Source: Vulcanimicrobiales bacterium
Lineage (GTDB): Bacteria; Vulcanimicrobiota; Vulcanimicrobiia; Vulcanimicrobiales; Vulcanimicrobiaceae
Direction of reading: 5' to 3'
NCBI GenBank assembly: GCA_038231455.1
Contig: JBBRLI010000039.1
Coordinates: 1 to 16,064 of the forward strand
DNA length: 16,064 bases
A model generated the notes under the pieces. That model was not told the origin of the DNA. It ran no database searches and saw only the letters and a program-made list of their open reading frames with translations. The number at the start of each line of letters is the position of its first letter. The stretch's first letter is position 1. Positions 8,579 through 15,836 of the stretch are shown one piece after another. A program made the position numbers and the translations under genes.

Positions 8579-8587
8579 AGTATATCA
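8579..8587 (-). promoter_or_regulatory. Extended -10 promoter (TGATATACT) for typA, near-leaderless
   Basis: Minus strand reads TG-A-TATACT-GAAGCCTT-GTG: -10 hexamer 8 nt before the start codon, no Shine-Dalgarno. Confidence 0.6.
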
Positions 8588-8595
8588 CGAAAAGC

Positions 8596-9327
8596 CTATT
8601 TGCCGAAACGCCTCTGTCGGTGTGAGTAGGCGACGAGGGCTTCCTCGAAGATCGAGCGACTGAAATCGGGCCAAGGTGTCGGGGTTGCCCACAGTTCGGC
8701 GTAGGCCGATTGATAGAGAAGAAAGTTCGATAGGCGCAGTTCTCCCCCGGTCCGGATGATCAGATCGGGGTCGGGCAGGCCGCCGGTCGTGAGGCGGGCG
8801 GCGATCGCGGCTTCGTCGATTGCCGCTGGCTCGAGAACTCCGGAGGCGACATCGCGGGCAAGCGAGCGGACGGCGTCGGCCATCTCGCGGCGCGCGCTAT
8901 AGTCAATTGCGATGTTCAAAACCAGGCCGGGCGCCGCGGCCGTCGCCGTTTCCAGGTGGGCGAGCGCCAGGCGTGTTCCCTCGGGCAGACGGTCGAGTCG
9001 GCCGATGATCCGAACGCGGATCCCGGCTTCCTTGAGGGACGTTTCCTCACGGCGAGCCATGCGGGCGACCAAGGCCAGGAGCGGTCCGACTTCCGATTGG
9101 CCGCGCCCCCAGTTCTCCTCGGAAAACGCGAAGATCGTGAGCACGTCGATGCCATGCGCGATGGCGGCTGCGATCGTTTGCTGCAGTGCGCGAACGCCGC
9201 GCCGGTGACCCTCGAGTGCGTCCAGACCCTGCGCGTATGCCCAGCGCCGGTTCCCATCCATGATAATCGCGACGTGTTTTGGGATCGTGAGTTGCGCCGC
9301 GGCCGGGCGTGGTGAACGGACGATCAT
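8596..9327 (-). CDS. uppS: cis-prenyltransferase (undecaprenyl/polyprenyl diphosphate synthase), probably an accessory paralog
   Basis: HVAIIMDGNRRWA, GH, FAFSEENWGR, PDPDLIIRTGGELRLSNFLLYQSAYAE, RRFG. Start reassigned to ATG 9327 (ATGA overlap with the regulator stop). Confidence 0.92.
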   Translation of the reverse strand: MIVRSPRPAAAQLTIPKHVAIIMDGNRRWAYAQGLDALEGHRRGVRALQQTIAAAIAHGIDVLTIFAFSEENWGRGQSEVGPLLALVARMARREETSLKEAGIRVRIIGRLDRLPEGTRLALAHLETATAAAPGLVLNIAIDYSARREMADAVRSLARDVASGVLEPAAIDEAAIAARLTTGGLPDPDLIIRTGGELRLSNFLLYQSAYAELWATPTPWPDFSRSIFEEALVAYSHRQRRFGK

Positions 9328-9683
9328 GATTGGGTCGCCAAGCGTGCGCCGCTGGGTGCCGCGGCCTGCGTCTGCACGGCGCGCACGACGGATTCGAGCT
9401 CGTCGATATAGGCAAGAAAGCGCGTTCGGCCGTCCTCCGTAATACGCACGATCGTCGTCGGGCGGCCGTTGCCGCGCACGCGTTCGAGCGTGACGATCCC
9501 AACCTCGGCGAGTGCGTGCAAGTGACGGTTCAAATTGCCGTCGGTGAGCGCGCATGCGTCCTGAAGTTCGGTGAAGCGCATGCCCTCGGTGTTGGCGATC
9601 AGACAGGTGCACACCGCAAGGCGTCCGCGTTCGTGAAAGATTCGTTCCAGGCCGGCGTACGCAAAGTCACCGTTTTTATTCAT
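9324..9683 (-). CDS. Winged-helix transcriptional regulator (HTH_34 / MarR-ArsR-like)
   Basis: LERIFHERGRL..., FTELQDACALTDGNLNRHLHALAEVG, T.VRITEDGRTRFLAY..ELE. ATG 9683 with RBS GAGGAG. Confidence 0.88.
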   Translation of the reverse strand: MNKNGDFAYAGLERIFHERGRLAVCTCLIANTEGMRFTELQDACALTDGNLNRHLHALAEVGIVTLERVRGNGRPTTIVRITEDGRTRFLAYIDELESVVRAVQTQAAAPSGARLATQS

Positions 9684-10284
9684 GATTCTCCTCGCGGTCG
9701 CGCAACACAAGCGCACCGATTGCAATTTGTCCCGCACCGAAAACGAATGACATCACGTACCATGCGAGGGGGTCCACGACGTCGGAAATAAAGAGCAAGG
9801 CGCTCGCGCAACCGAATCCAAACGCGATCCAGACCGCACCGCGCGGCAGCTTCGCTCGCGACGCGAACAAGCCAATGGCGTATGCGCCGCACCAAAGTCC
9901 CGGTAAAAGCGCAAATTCGCTGTGCTGAACGAGCGCAAGCGTCGCGACACCGCCAAGGAGAATCGCCGGCAGAATCGTCATGCCGACGCTGCGAATCTCA
10001 CTCCGGCTCTTCGAGCTCCAGTTACGCGCAAGCCACACGCCAATCGCACCGTAGTTGATGAGAAGCGCAAACACAAGACACGAAATCCAGATCGCAAGAT
10101 AACGCCGATCCTCGAGCGTTCCGTGTGGCGTCGGCAGCATGACGGCTTGGTAGGCGCCGCTTCCGAAGGCGACGATGCCGCTTGCGATGGCTGCGACGCC
10201 GGAAATCCCGCGAAAACGCTGCGCCGCGGCCAGACGCGTGCGCACTTCGGCAAGGTCCGCCATCGCGCGATTGACTTCCATCAT
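9676..10284 (-). CDS. Multi-pass membrane protein of unknown function
   Basis: About six hydrophobic segments after an amphipathic N-terminus (A..DL.EVR..L). Overlaps the regulator start by 8 nt. Confidence 0.82.
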   Translation of the reverse strand: MMEVNRAMADLAEVRTRLAAAQRFRGISGVAAIASGIVAFGSGAYQAVMLPTPHGTLEDRRYLAIWISCLVFALLINYGAIGVWLARNWSSKSRSEIRSVGMTILPAILLGGVATLALVQHSEFALLPGLWCGAYAIGLFASRAKLPRGAVWIAFGFGCASALLFISDVVDPLAWYVMSFVFGAGQIAIGALVLRDREENHE

Positions 10285-10292
10285 GCTGATCT

Positions 10293-10323
10293 ACTTTGTA
10301 ACACAGAGTTAGGGCGTACGCAA
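10293..10323 (-). promoter_or_regulatory. Sigma70-like promoter with overlapping palindromic operator
   Basis: Minus strand TTGCGT(10323-10318)-17 nt-TACAAA(10300-10295) with TG extension. The imperfect palindrome ACTTTG-N5-CAGAGT (10293-10309) overlaps the -10 and spacer. Confidence 0.6.
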
Positions 10324-10382
10324 GGACGATCCGCCACTTTCCTTCGAGGCGTGCCTCCCGGCTCGTCCGAACAACGGCCGTC

Positions 10383-12005
10383 GTGTTCGAGCGCCTTCCC
10401 GAGTGGACGTTCCCCTTGCGCGCATGGCAGCGCGAAGCGAGTACGGACTGGCTCGACCGGCGACCGGACGATGCCTTGATTGTTGCCACGCCCGGTGCCG
10501 GCAAAACAAAATTTGCCGCGCGCATCGTGCACGCGCTGCTGCGCGATCGCTCGATCGAGCGCGCGATCGTCGTCGTTCCACGCGAGCATCTCAAATCGCA
10601 GGTCGCAATCGCCCTGGCTGAATGCGGCGTTCGCGTCGATCACAAATTCGCAAACGCGACGGGCACGCTGGCAAATGACGTTCACGGAGCAGTGGTCAGC
10701 TACCAACAAGTTGCATTTGCCCCGCACGTGTATCGTTCGATGAGCCGTAAGCCGACGCTCGTCGTGCTCGATGAGATTCATCACGCGGCCGATGCCGCAA
10801 CGTGGGGCAACGCGCTCCGCACGGCATTTGGTAGCGCGCAGCATCGGATCGCGCTCTCGGGGACGCCGTTCCGCTCCGATGGTTTGCCGATTCCGTTCGT
10901 GCAGTACGAAGCGGGCGTCTCGCTTGCCGATTATGGATACGACTATGCCGAGGCACTGCGCGACGGCGTTTGTCGGCCGCTCGTTTTTCCGCTGCACGGC
11001 GGCGTCGCCGAATGGATTAGTCGCGATGGGCGCACGATGCTTGCCTCGTTCGAGACGGCGCTCGAGTCGCGCGCAATCGAAGGCGAGCGGTTGCGCACCG
11101 CGCTCACGCAGGAGTCGTGGATCGGCGATGTTTTGATGAAAGCCCATACGCGACTCCTCGAACTCCGGGCCGAAGGCGATCGCGATTGCGCGGGTCTGGT
11201 CGTCGCGATGAATCAAGAGCACGCGCGTTTCATCGCCTCGCTCATGAAGCGGCGCCTCGGCATCGAACCGACGCTCGTCGTCTCAGAAGACGAACGCGCC
11301 TCGCTCAAAATCAAGACGTTCGGTCGCAGCCGCGACCCGTGGATCGTGGCCGTGCACATGGTGTCCGAAGGCGTTGATATCCCGCGTTTGCGCGTCGGGG
11401 TCTACGCGAGCAACGTCAACACCGAGATGTATTTCCGCCAGTTTTGCGGGCGTTTCGTGCGCACGCAGAAAGCGGTCGCGGGCGAGTCGGCCTACGTTTA
11501 TCTGCCCGACGATCCGGCTCTGGGGGCACTCGCGAGCCGCATCGCCGTCGACGTTCGTACGGCGCTGCGCTTCAAACGCGAGTTCGACGAGCTGGGCGCT
11601 GCGCAGCGCACGCTAACCGAGCCAAGCGACGCGCTTGGTGAGTACGCTTCGATTTCCGCATCGGCGACCGAGTCGCGCACGCTCGATTTTGGGCCACTAT
11701 TCGACCGCGAACGCTGGTTACGCGCGGAGCCACCGATCGGCGAGTCGACCAAAGTCGCCGTGCCATTCGAAAACAGGTCGCATCATGAAACCATTGGAGA
11801 TACCAAGGACTCGCTGCGCAAAACCGTAGCCGTTCTCGTTTCGCGCGTAAGCGACAAATTCAACGTCGACTATAAGAAGGTGCACGCGACATTGAACACA
11901 CGCTTTGGCGGACCGATCGGTACGGCGACGGTGGACGGACTCGCTGCGCGTGCCAAGACCGCGCAGCGCTGGCTTGCAAATAATGTGTATGACGGCTTGC
12001 GTTAG
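10383..12005 (+). CDS. SF2 DEAD/DEAH-box helicase (ResIII-like N-terminal domain plus helicase C domain)
   Basis: LRAWQ (Q motif), TPGAGKT (Walker A), LDEIHH (Walker B), LSGTPFRSD (motif III), MVSEGVDIPRL (motif V), QFCGRFVR (motif VI). Confidence 0.92.
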   Translation: MFERLPEWTFPLRAWQREASTDWLDRRPDDALIVATPGAGKTKFAARIVHALLRDRSIERAIVVVPREHLKSQVAIALAECGVRVDHKFANATGTLANDVHGAVVSYQQVAFAPHVYRSMSRKPTLVVLDEIHHAADAATWGNALRTAFGSAQHRIALSGTPFRSDGLPIPFVQYEAGVSLADYGYDYAEALRDGVCRPLVFPLHGGVAEWISRDGRTMLASFETALESRAIEGERLRTALTQESWIGDVLMKAHTRLLELRAEGDRDCAGLVVAMNQEHARFIASLMKRRLGIEPTLVVSEDERASLKIKTFGRSRDPWIVAVHMVSEGVDIPRLRVGVYASNVNTEMYFRQFCGRFVRTQKAVAGESAYVYLPDDPALGALASRIAVDVRTALRFKREFDELGAAQRTLTEPSDALGEYASISASATESRTLDFGPLFDRERWLRAEPPIGESTKVAVPFENRSHHETIGDTKDSLRKTVAVLVSRVSDKFNVDYKKVHATLNTRFGGPIGTATVDGLAARAKTAQRWLANNVYDGLR

Positions 12006-12007
12006 GC

Positions 12008-12036
12008 TTGACGAACGTTAATACAAACCTTAAACT
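12008..12036 (+). promoter_or_regulatory. Sigma70-like promoter of the Rrf2 gene, near-leaderless
   Basis: TTGACG(12008-12013)-17 nt-TAAACT(12031-12036), 8 nt before GTG 12045, no Shine-Dalgarno. Confidence 0.7.
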
Positions 12037-12044
12037 TTCTAATC

Positions 12045-12464
12045 GTGGCTAACAGTCGTTTCGCGCTAGCGGTTCATGCGCTCGCGTATCTTGCTCATCA
12101 TGACCCCAAACCGACAACCTCGGAGGCGGTCGCAAAGTCGATCAACACGAATCCCGTCGTGGTACGCCGACTTTTCGCTCAGCTGAACACCGCTGGTCTC
12201 ATTGCGACGCAGCCCGGTGTCGGCGGCGGCGCGACGCTCACGCGCTCGCCGAAGAAGATTTCGCTCGGCAGCGTTTACGCGGCGGTGTCGGAAACGCCGG
12301 CGATCGCTTTGCATCGTAACCGTACCAACCAGCGTTGCCCCGTCGGCAAGAACATGACGGGCATTCTCGGTGGTGTCTCGGAGACGGTCGACTCGGCAAT
12401 CGAAAAGAGTCTTGCGCGCACGTCGGTCGCCGACGTGTTGACGAAGACCCTTTCAAAGAACTAG
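12045..12464 (+). CDS. Rrf2-family transcriptional regulator (YwnA-like, single Cys)
   Basis: SRFALAVHAL, TSE.VA.SINTNPVVVRR, G.GGG..L.RSP..ISL..VY, CPVG. Lacks the three-Cys IscR/NsrR Fe-S ligand set. Confidence 0.92.
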   Translation: MANSRFALAVHALAYLAHHDPKPTTSEAVAKSINTNPVVVRRLFAQLNTAGLIATQPGVGGGATLTRSPKKISLGSVYAAVSETPAIALHRNRTNQRCPVGKNMTGILGGVSETVDSAIEKSLARTSVADVLTKTLSKN

Positions 12465-12769
12465 GTCGCGTTTCGGTCCGGCACCTCGAGTGTGCCGGTG
12501 AGAACCTGATAGACCATAACGAAATCGGCAGCAAACGAGAGAACCGGCTGTTCGAACGTCTTGGGCTGATTTTTCTCGAACACCCAGTGCGAGACAAATG
12601 CCGGAAGATACCCGAGCGCGAGTCCGATGAGGACGCGTTTGGGTTTTCGCATTGCAATACCCGTGACCCCGACAGAGAGCCCGCTTAGCAGCCCAACGGT
12701 ATGGATCAGTCGGCTGCGCGGGTCGATGTGCGCTTGTAAGTACTCCGGGTAGAACGCGGCAAACGTCAC
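12461..12769 (-). CDS. DUF962 / Mpo1-like membrane protein
   Basis: F..FYP.YL..H.....R..H..G and GY..A..SHWVFEKNQP.TF..P..S...DF.M. Start reassigned to GTG 12769 (GGAG upstream). Confidence 0.87.
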   Translation of the reverse strand: MTFAAFYPEYLQAHIDPRSRLIHTVGLLSGLSVGVTGIAMRKPKRVLIGLALGYLPAFVSHWVFEKNQPKTFEQPVLSFAADFVMVYQVLTGTLEVPDRNAT

Positions 12770-12831
12770 GGCTATTGCTCCAGCTCGAGGGCTTGAGATG
12801 AGCTTAAGCACGGGCAAGCGAATTCCGTGCT

Positions 12832-14259
12832 ATGGGGTCTGGTAATCGACTCGCTGGGTTGATCGTGCGCTTTACGATCACCCTGGTTTTCTTTGCTGCC
12901 ACTACGGTCGAACTGATTCATATGGCCGGGCTGCCGCTTGGCTACGGATTCATTCCTACGAGCTCGCCGCGCGGCTTTGTGCTTCTGCTGGCCACGCTCT
13001 GGTGGTTTTTCGCCGCGTTTCTCGGCGGCGCTCTCACCCAGATCGCGGCTGTGCTGGCCGTTCGTTTGGTTGCCGGTCACCGCCGCGCAGCGTTTTCGTT
13101 TTTCGCCGACACCCTCTCGCTTGTGTTCTTCGTGGTCGCAACGGTCGCGACGGCATCGTACGTGTTCGAACTCCCCGTTTCGACCGTCTTTGCGACCTCG
13201 AGCATCGTTGCGGTCGTTCTCGGCTTCGCGCTACAGAGTACGCTCGGCGATGTATTCGGCGGCATCGCGCTTGCAGTCGAACGTCCGTTTCAAATTGGCG
13301 ACTGGATTACGATCGATGAGAAGTTTACCGGACGGGTCGTCGAGATCACGTGGCGCACGACGCGACTGAGTACCAAGACGAAGGATACGATCGTCTTTCC
13401 GAACTCTGCCGTCGGACGCTCGCGATTGATCAATCACTATCTTCCCTCTCCGCTGCACCGCGTTGCAATTCTGGTTAGCGTTTCGAATCTCGAATCGCCG
13501 GTGCGTGTGACGGAAGTCCTCACCGCCGCAGTTCTGAGCGCCGAGGGCGTCGTCGATATACCGCCGCCCTCGGTCGACGTGCGCGACATGACCGAAAAGT
13601 CTCTCGTGTATAAAGTAAAATTTCACGTTGCGGCATTCGAAGATCGCAACGGCGTAATGAGCGATGTCTACAAGCAGATCTGGCTCCATCTCTCCTGGGC
13701 CGGGCTGGCAAAACCCCTCACGCGCCAGATCATCGAACACATGCCGGTCGCGCCCGAGGTCACCGAGGTCGAACGCATCGCATCGCTGCTTGCGCGCGTC
13801 CCCGTTTTCGCACCCCTCGGCGACGAAGAACGGAAGCAACTCGCGCAAGCACTCAAGCCGCGTCGGATCGGCGCGCAGGAAACGCTCCTCGCGCAATTCG
13901 ACGAAGGGCGCTCGCTCTTCATCGTGCGCGAGGGAATACTCGATGTGAGTGTACGCACCGAAGACGGTGTTAAGAGCGTAGCGCGGCTCTATCCAGGCGA
14001 CTATGTCGGCGAGAATTCGCTCCTGACCGGAGCGCCGCGCAACGCGACGATTACGGCGCTCACGCCTTCCTCCGTGTACGAACTCGACAAAGACGATGTC
14101 AGTATGCTGCTCGAGGAGCGGCCTGAGATCGCCGAGGAATTCGGTCGCGTCCTCGCCTCGCGCGAGCAGTCACGCCTCGCGCTGCCAAATGGAGTCGCGG
14201 TCCCGGAGAGCGTTCTGGCACACTTCACGAACCAGATCGCAGCGTTCTTCCATCGCTAA
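12832..14259 (+). CDS. MscS-family channel fused to a C-terminal cyclic-nucleotide-binding domain (bCNG-like)
   Basis: N-terminal TM helices, GFALQSTLGDVFGGI...RPFQIGDWI..G.V.EITWRTTRL...PNS (MscS). C-terminal LFIVREG...GDYVGENSLLTGAPRNAT (phosphate-binding cassette). Confidence 0.93.
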   Translation: MGSGNRLAGLIVRFTITLVFFAATTVELIHMAGLPLGYGFIPTSSPRGFVLLLATLWWFFAAFLGGALTQIAAVLAVRLVAGHRRAAFSFFADTLSLVFFVVATVATASYVFELPVSTVFATSSIVAVVLGFALQSTLGDVFGGIALAVERPFQIGDWITIDEKFTGRVVEITWRTTRLSTKTKDTIVFPNSAVGRSRLINHYLPSPLHRVAILVSVSNLESPVRVTEVLTAAVLSAEGVVDIPPPSVDVRDMTEKSLVYKVKFHVAAFEDRNGVMSDVYKQIWLHLSWAGLAKPLTRQIIEHMPVAPEVTEVERIASLLARVPVFAPLGDEERKQLAQALKPRRIGAQETLLAQFDEGRSLFIVREGILDVSVRTEDGVKSVARLYPGDYVGENSLLTGAPRNATITALTPSSVYELDKDDVSMLLEERPEIAEEFGRVLASREQSRLALPNGVAVPESVLAHFTNQIAAFFHR

Positions 14260-14302
14260 TTGCCGAGGACGCGCGAACGGGTTCGACAAACCACACGCAG
14301 AT

Positions 14303-14340
14303 GGGAGAGTACGGATCTGGTGGTCCGCACGGTCTTCAAA
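14303..14340 (+). pseudogene. selC: tRNA-Sec (selC) 5' half, truncated right after the anticodon loop
   Basis: GGGAGAG-TA-CGGATC-TGGT-GGTCCG-C-ACGGT-CTTCAAA: Sec-specific 6-bp D stem with 4-nt YGGT loop, and anticodon TCA (14336-14338) in the loop CTTCAAA. I found no variable arm, T arm or CTCTCCC acceptor strand downstream in the window. Confidence 0.85.
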
Positions 14341-14364
14341 TGCGTTTCAACCGTAAATCGCACG

Positions 14365-14479
14365 TGTTCGCAGAAGTTCGCAGACGCCCGCAGGATCAAT
14401 ATCCGCGGGCGTTTCCTTGTCGATTCGATGTTCGCGGTTGTTCGCCAGTGCGCGCAGAAGACGTGACCAAGAAGTGACC
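14365..14479 (+). repeat. Helically phased direct repeats (candidate att-arm sites)
   Basis: GTTCGCAGA at 14366 and 14376; TGTTCGC at 14429 and 14439 (degenerate third copy at 14449); GTGACC at 14463 and 14474. Confidence 0.7.
14384..14418 (+). terminator. Terminator-like hairpin downstream of the selC fragment
   Basis: ACGCCCGC-A-GGAT-CAAT-ATCC-GCGGGCGT followed by TTCCTT. Confidence 0.55.
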
Positions 14480-14558
14480 TGGAGACGGCCTCAGCCAAAT
14501 GGGCTCCGGCTGAGCAGCGAGGGCGGGAGCTTTCTGCGAGCTGCGTAAGACCTCGAAA

Positions 14559-14990
14559 ATGCGGACCCTTGCTCGGCTTCGGTTAGCAATCGTCGTCGTA
14601 GCTGCCGGGGCGACGATCTATTGGGCATGGAGTGATCTCGGACGCCTTCCCTCGCATGCAGTTTACAGCACAATGACCGGCTTAGCGCGAGCCACAGCGG
14701 ACCGAAACGTATGGGGATGTGTTAACGCTGATCCGTTTGATCCGCTCGACCCGTGCAATCGTCGCTTGGCGAACGCGTCCCCTGAGGCAGATTCGGCGGC
14801 CTACGCTCTGCACCGCGCCGCCTACGATTCGCAAGCAGCGGCCGAGAACGAACGCCGGCGATCTGTAGCTGTGTCTTCGTCGTTGAGAGACCTCGGCAGG
14901 ATCGCACGCAAACTCGTTCTCATCGGCGCGATCGCCGGCGCACTTTGCGTCTTGGCGCCGCTTGCCGCACGCGGGATCACGAACACGTGA
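14559..14990 (+). CDS. Hypothetical two-TM membrane protein
   Basis: Hydrophobic segments near both termini; internal CVNADPFDPLDPC; GTGA overlap with the next ORF. Confidence 0.6.
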   Translation: MRTLARLRLAIVVVAAGATIYWAWSDLGRLPSHAVYSTMTGLARATADRNVWGCVNADPFDPLDPCNRRLANASPEADSAAYALHRAAYDSQAAAENERRRSVAVSSSLRDLGRIARKLVLIGAIAGALCVLAPLAARGITNT

Positions 14991-15292
14991 GAAGCTTTCG
15001 ATCGTCGATCGCACTCGTTTTGGTATTAACGGCAACCGGAGTCGGCTGCGCGCGCGCTTCGCAGAAACCGCAGTCCTGGTTTGTTGAACGGACGGTGAGT
15101 TACACGACAACCGGAACCTCCGGGATGCAAGAACCGCAGCAAGACGTCACAACGATCGCCGGTCCGTTCTCGCGTGAGAGCGAGTGCATCGCATCGCTCG
15201 AAGATCCGATCAGCGGTAAGCAGACCAGCGATGAGCTTTCGTGCGCTGAGAAAGACGTCGACTCGAAAGTCTATCCGCCGCGACCGCAATAG
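14987..15292 (+). CDS. Hypothetical exported protein (signal peptide or lipoprotein)
   Basis: Start reassigned to GTG 14987: MRSFRSSIALVLVLTATGVGC-ARA. Two further Cys. Stop directly precedes a terminator. Confidence 0.65.
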   Translation: MRSFRSSIALVLVLTATGVGCARASQKPQSWFVERTVSYTTTGTSGMQEPQQDVTTIAGPFSRESECIASLEDPISGKQTSDELSCAEKDVDSKVYPPRPQ

Positions 15293-15323
15293 AAAAAGCC
15301 CGCGACCACCGCGGGCTTGGTTT
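15293..15323. terminator. Intrinsic terminator between convergent island genes (stronger on minus strand)
   Basis: AAAAAGCCCGCG-ACCAC-CGCGGGCTTGGTTT. Confidence 0.8.
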
Positions 15324-15337
15324 GATCGGCGTTGCGA

Positions 15338-15460
15338 TCAGGATTTACCGCGCTTCTTGGGTTTGCGTTTGGCCGATGGCGCTGTCGACGTTCTAACGAC
15401 GAACAACTCGTAAGCGAGATCCAAGAACCGACGCGCAGCGGGACTGTCGGGGACGATCAT
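15338..15460 (-). CDS. Hypothetical 40-aa protein with a basic tail
   Basis: ATG 15460 with AAAGG upstream, 10 nt after the stop of the preceding gene: MIVPDSPAARRFLDLAYELFVVRTSTAPSAKRKPKKRGKS. Ends just before the terminator. Confidence 0.5.
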   Translation of the reverse strand: MIVPDSPAARRFLDLAYELFVVRTSTAPSAKRKPKKRGKS

Positions 15461-15470
15461 GCGGTGCCTT

Positions 15471-15812
15471 TCACGGTGTCGACGAGAAGCCGGCAAGCCA
15501 CGCGCGAGTACGCGCGACCTCGGCATTGATCGAGCTTGCGACGTCGCCGAGCGGATTACTCGCGATCGCGACCGCGATCCGCACGCCTAGCTCGAAGCCC
15601 GATCCGAACGCCGTATGCGCATCGAAGCGCTGCTCGCCATGGCTAGCGATGCCAACGATGCGCGCCGCCGCGTTTCCCGGAGCATCTTCGCACCACGCGG
15701 CGGGTTGCTCTTCGCCGTACTTGCGTGCGAGGTAAAGCGAGCAGAGCAGTTCAAGCGCCGCGACATCGATCGAGGTCGGCTGCGTGGTGGTCGTCGAAGG
15801 TGAGTTAGTCAT
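15471..15812 (-). CDS. Hypothetical protein, 113 aa
   Basis: Start reassigned to ATG 15812 (MTNSPSTTTT), with GAAAGGG upstream and a promoter and leader hairpin further upstream. Confidence 0.6.
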   Translation of the reverse strand: MTNSPSTTTTQPTSIDVAALELLCSLYLARKYGEEQPAAWCEDAPGNAAARIVGIASHGEQRFDAHTAFGSGFELGVRIAVAIASNPLGDVASSINAEVARTRAWLAGFSSTP

Positions 15813-15836
15813 CGATTGTAGCCCTTTCGGTGGCCG

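Noticed and set aside
7149-8663. 504-aa plus-strand ORF and similar long antisense ORFs over hcmA, hcl, the helicase (10281..11222) and mscS
   Set aside because: Antisense shadows of biased GC-rich coding sequence, with no recognisable motifs.
9328-9612. 338-aa UppS with a long N-terminal extension
   Set aside because: The extension overlaps the regulator gene in another frame, and the ATGA overlap defines the start at 9327.
10383-12005. Type III restriction or Cas3 system
   Set aside because: No methyltransferase, nuclease/HD domain or cas neighbours.
14303-14450. Intact tRNA-Sec with a 9-nt anticodon-loop insertion or intron (ACCGT recurs at 14350-14354; CGCCA near 14443)
   Set aside because: No T arm or acceptor strand complementary to GGGAGAG follows, and no group I intron core is evident.
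14365-14479. CRISPR array
   Set aside because: Repeats are only 6-9 bp with no spacer-length intervals, and there are no cas genes.
14256-14498. Short ORFs 14256..14498 (-) and 14260..14466 (+)
   Set aside because: They overlap the selC fragment and repeats and have no RBS or protein-like features.
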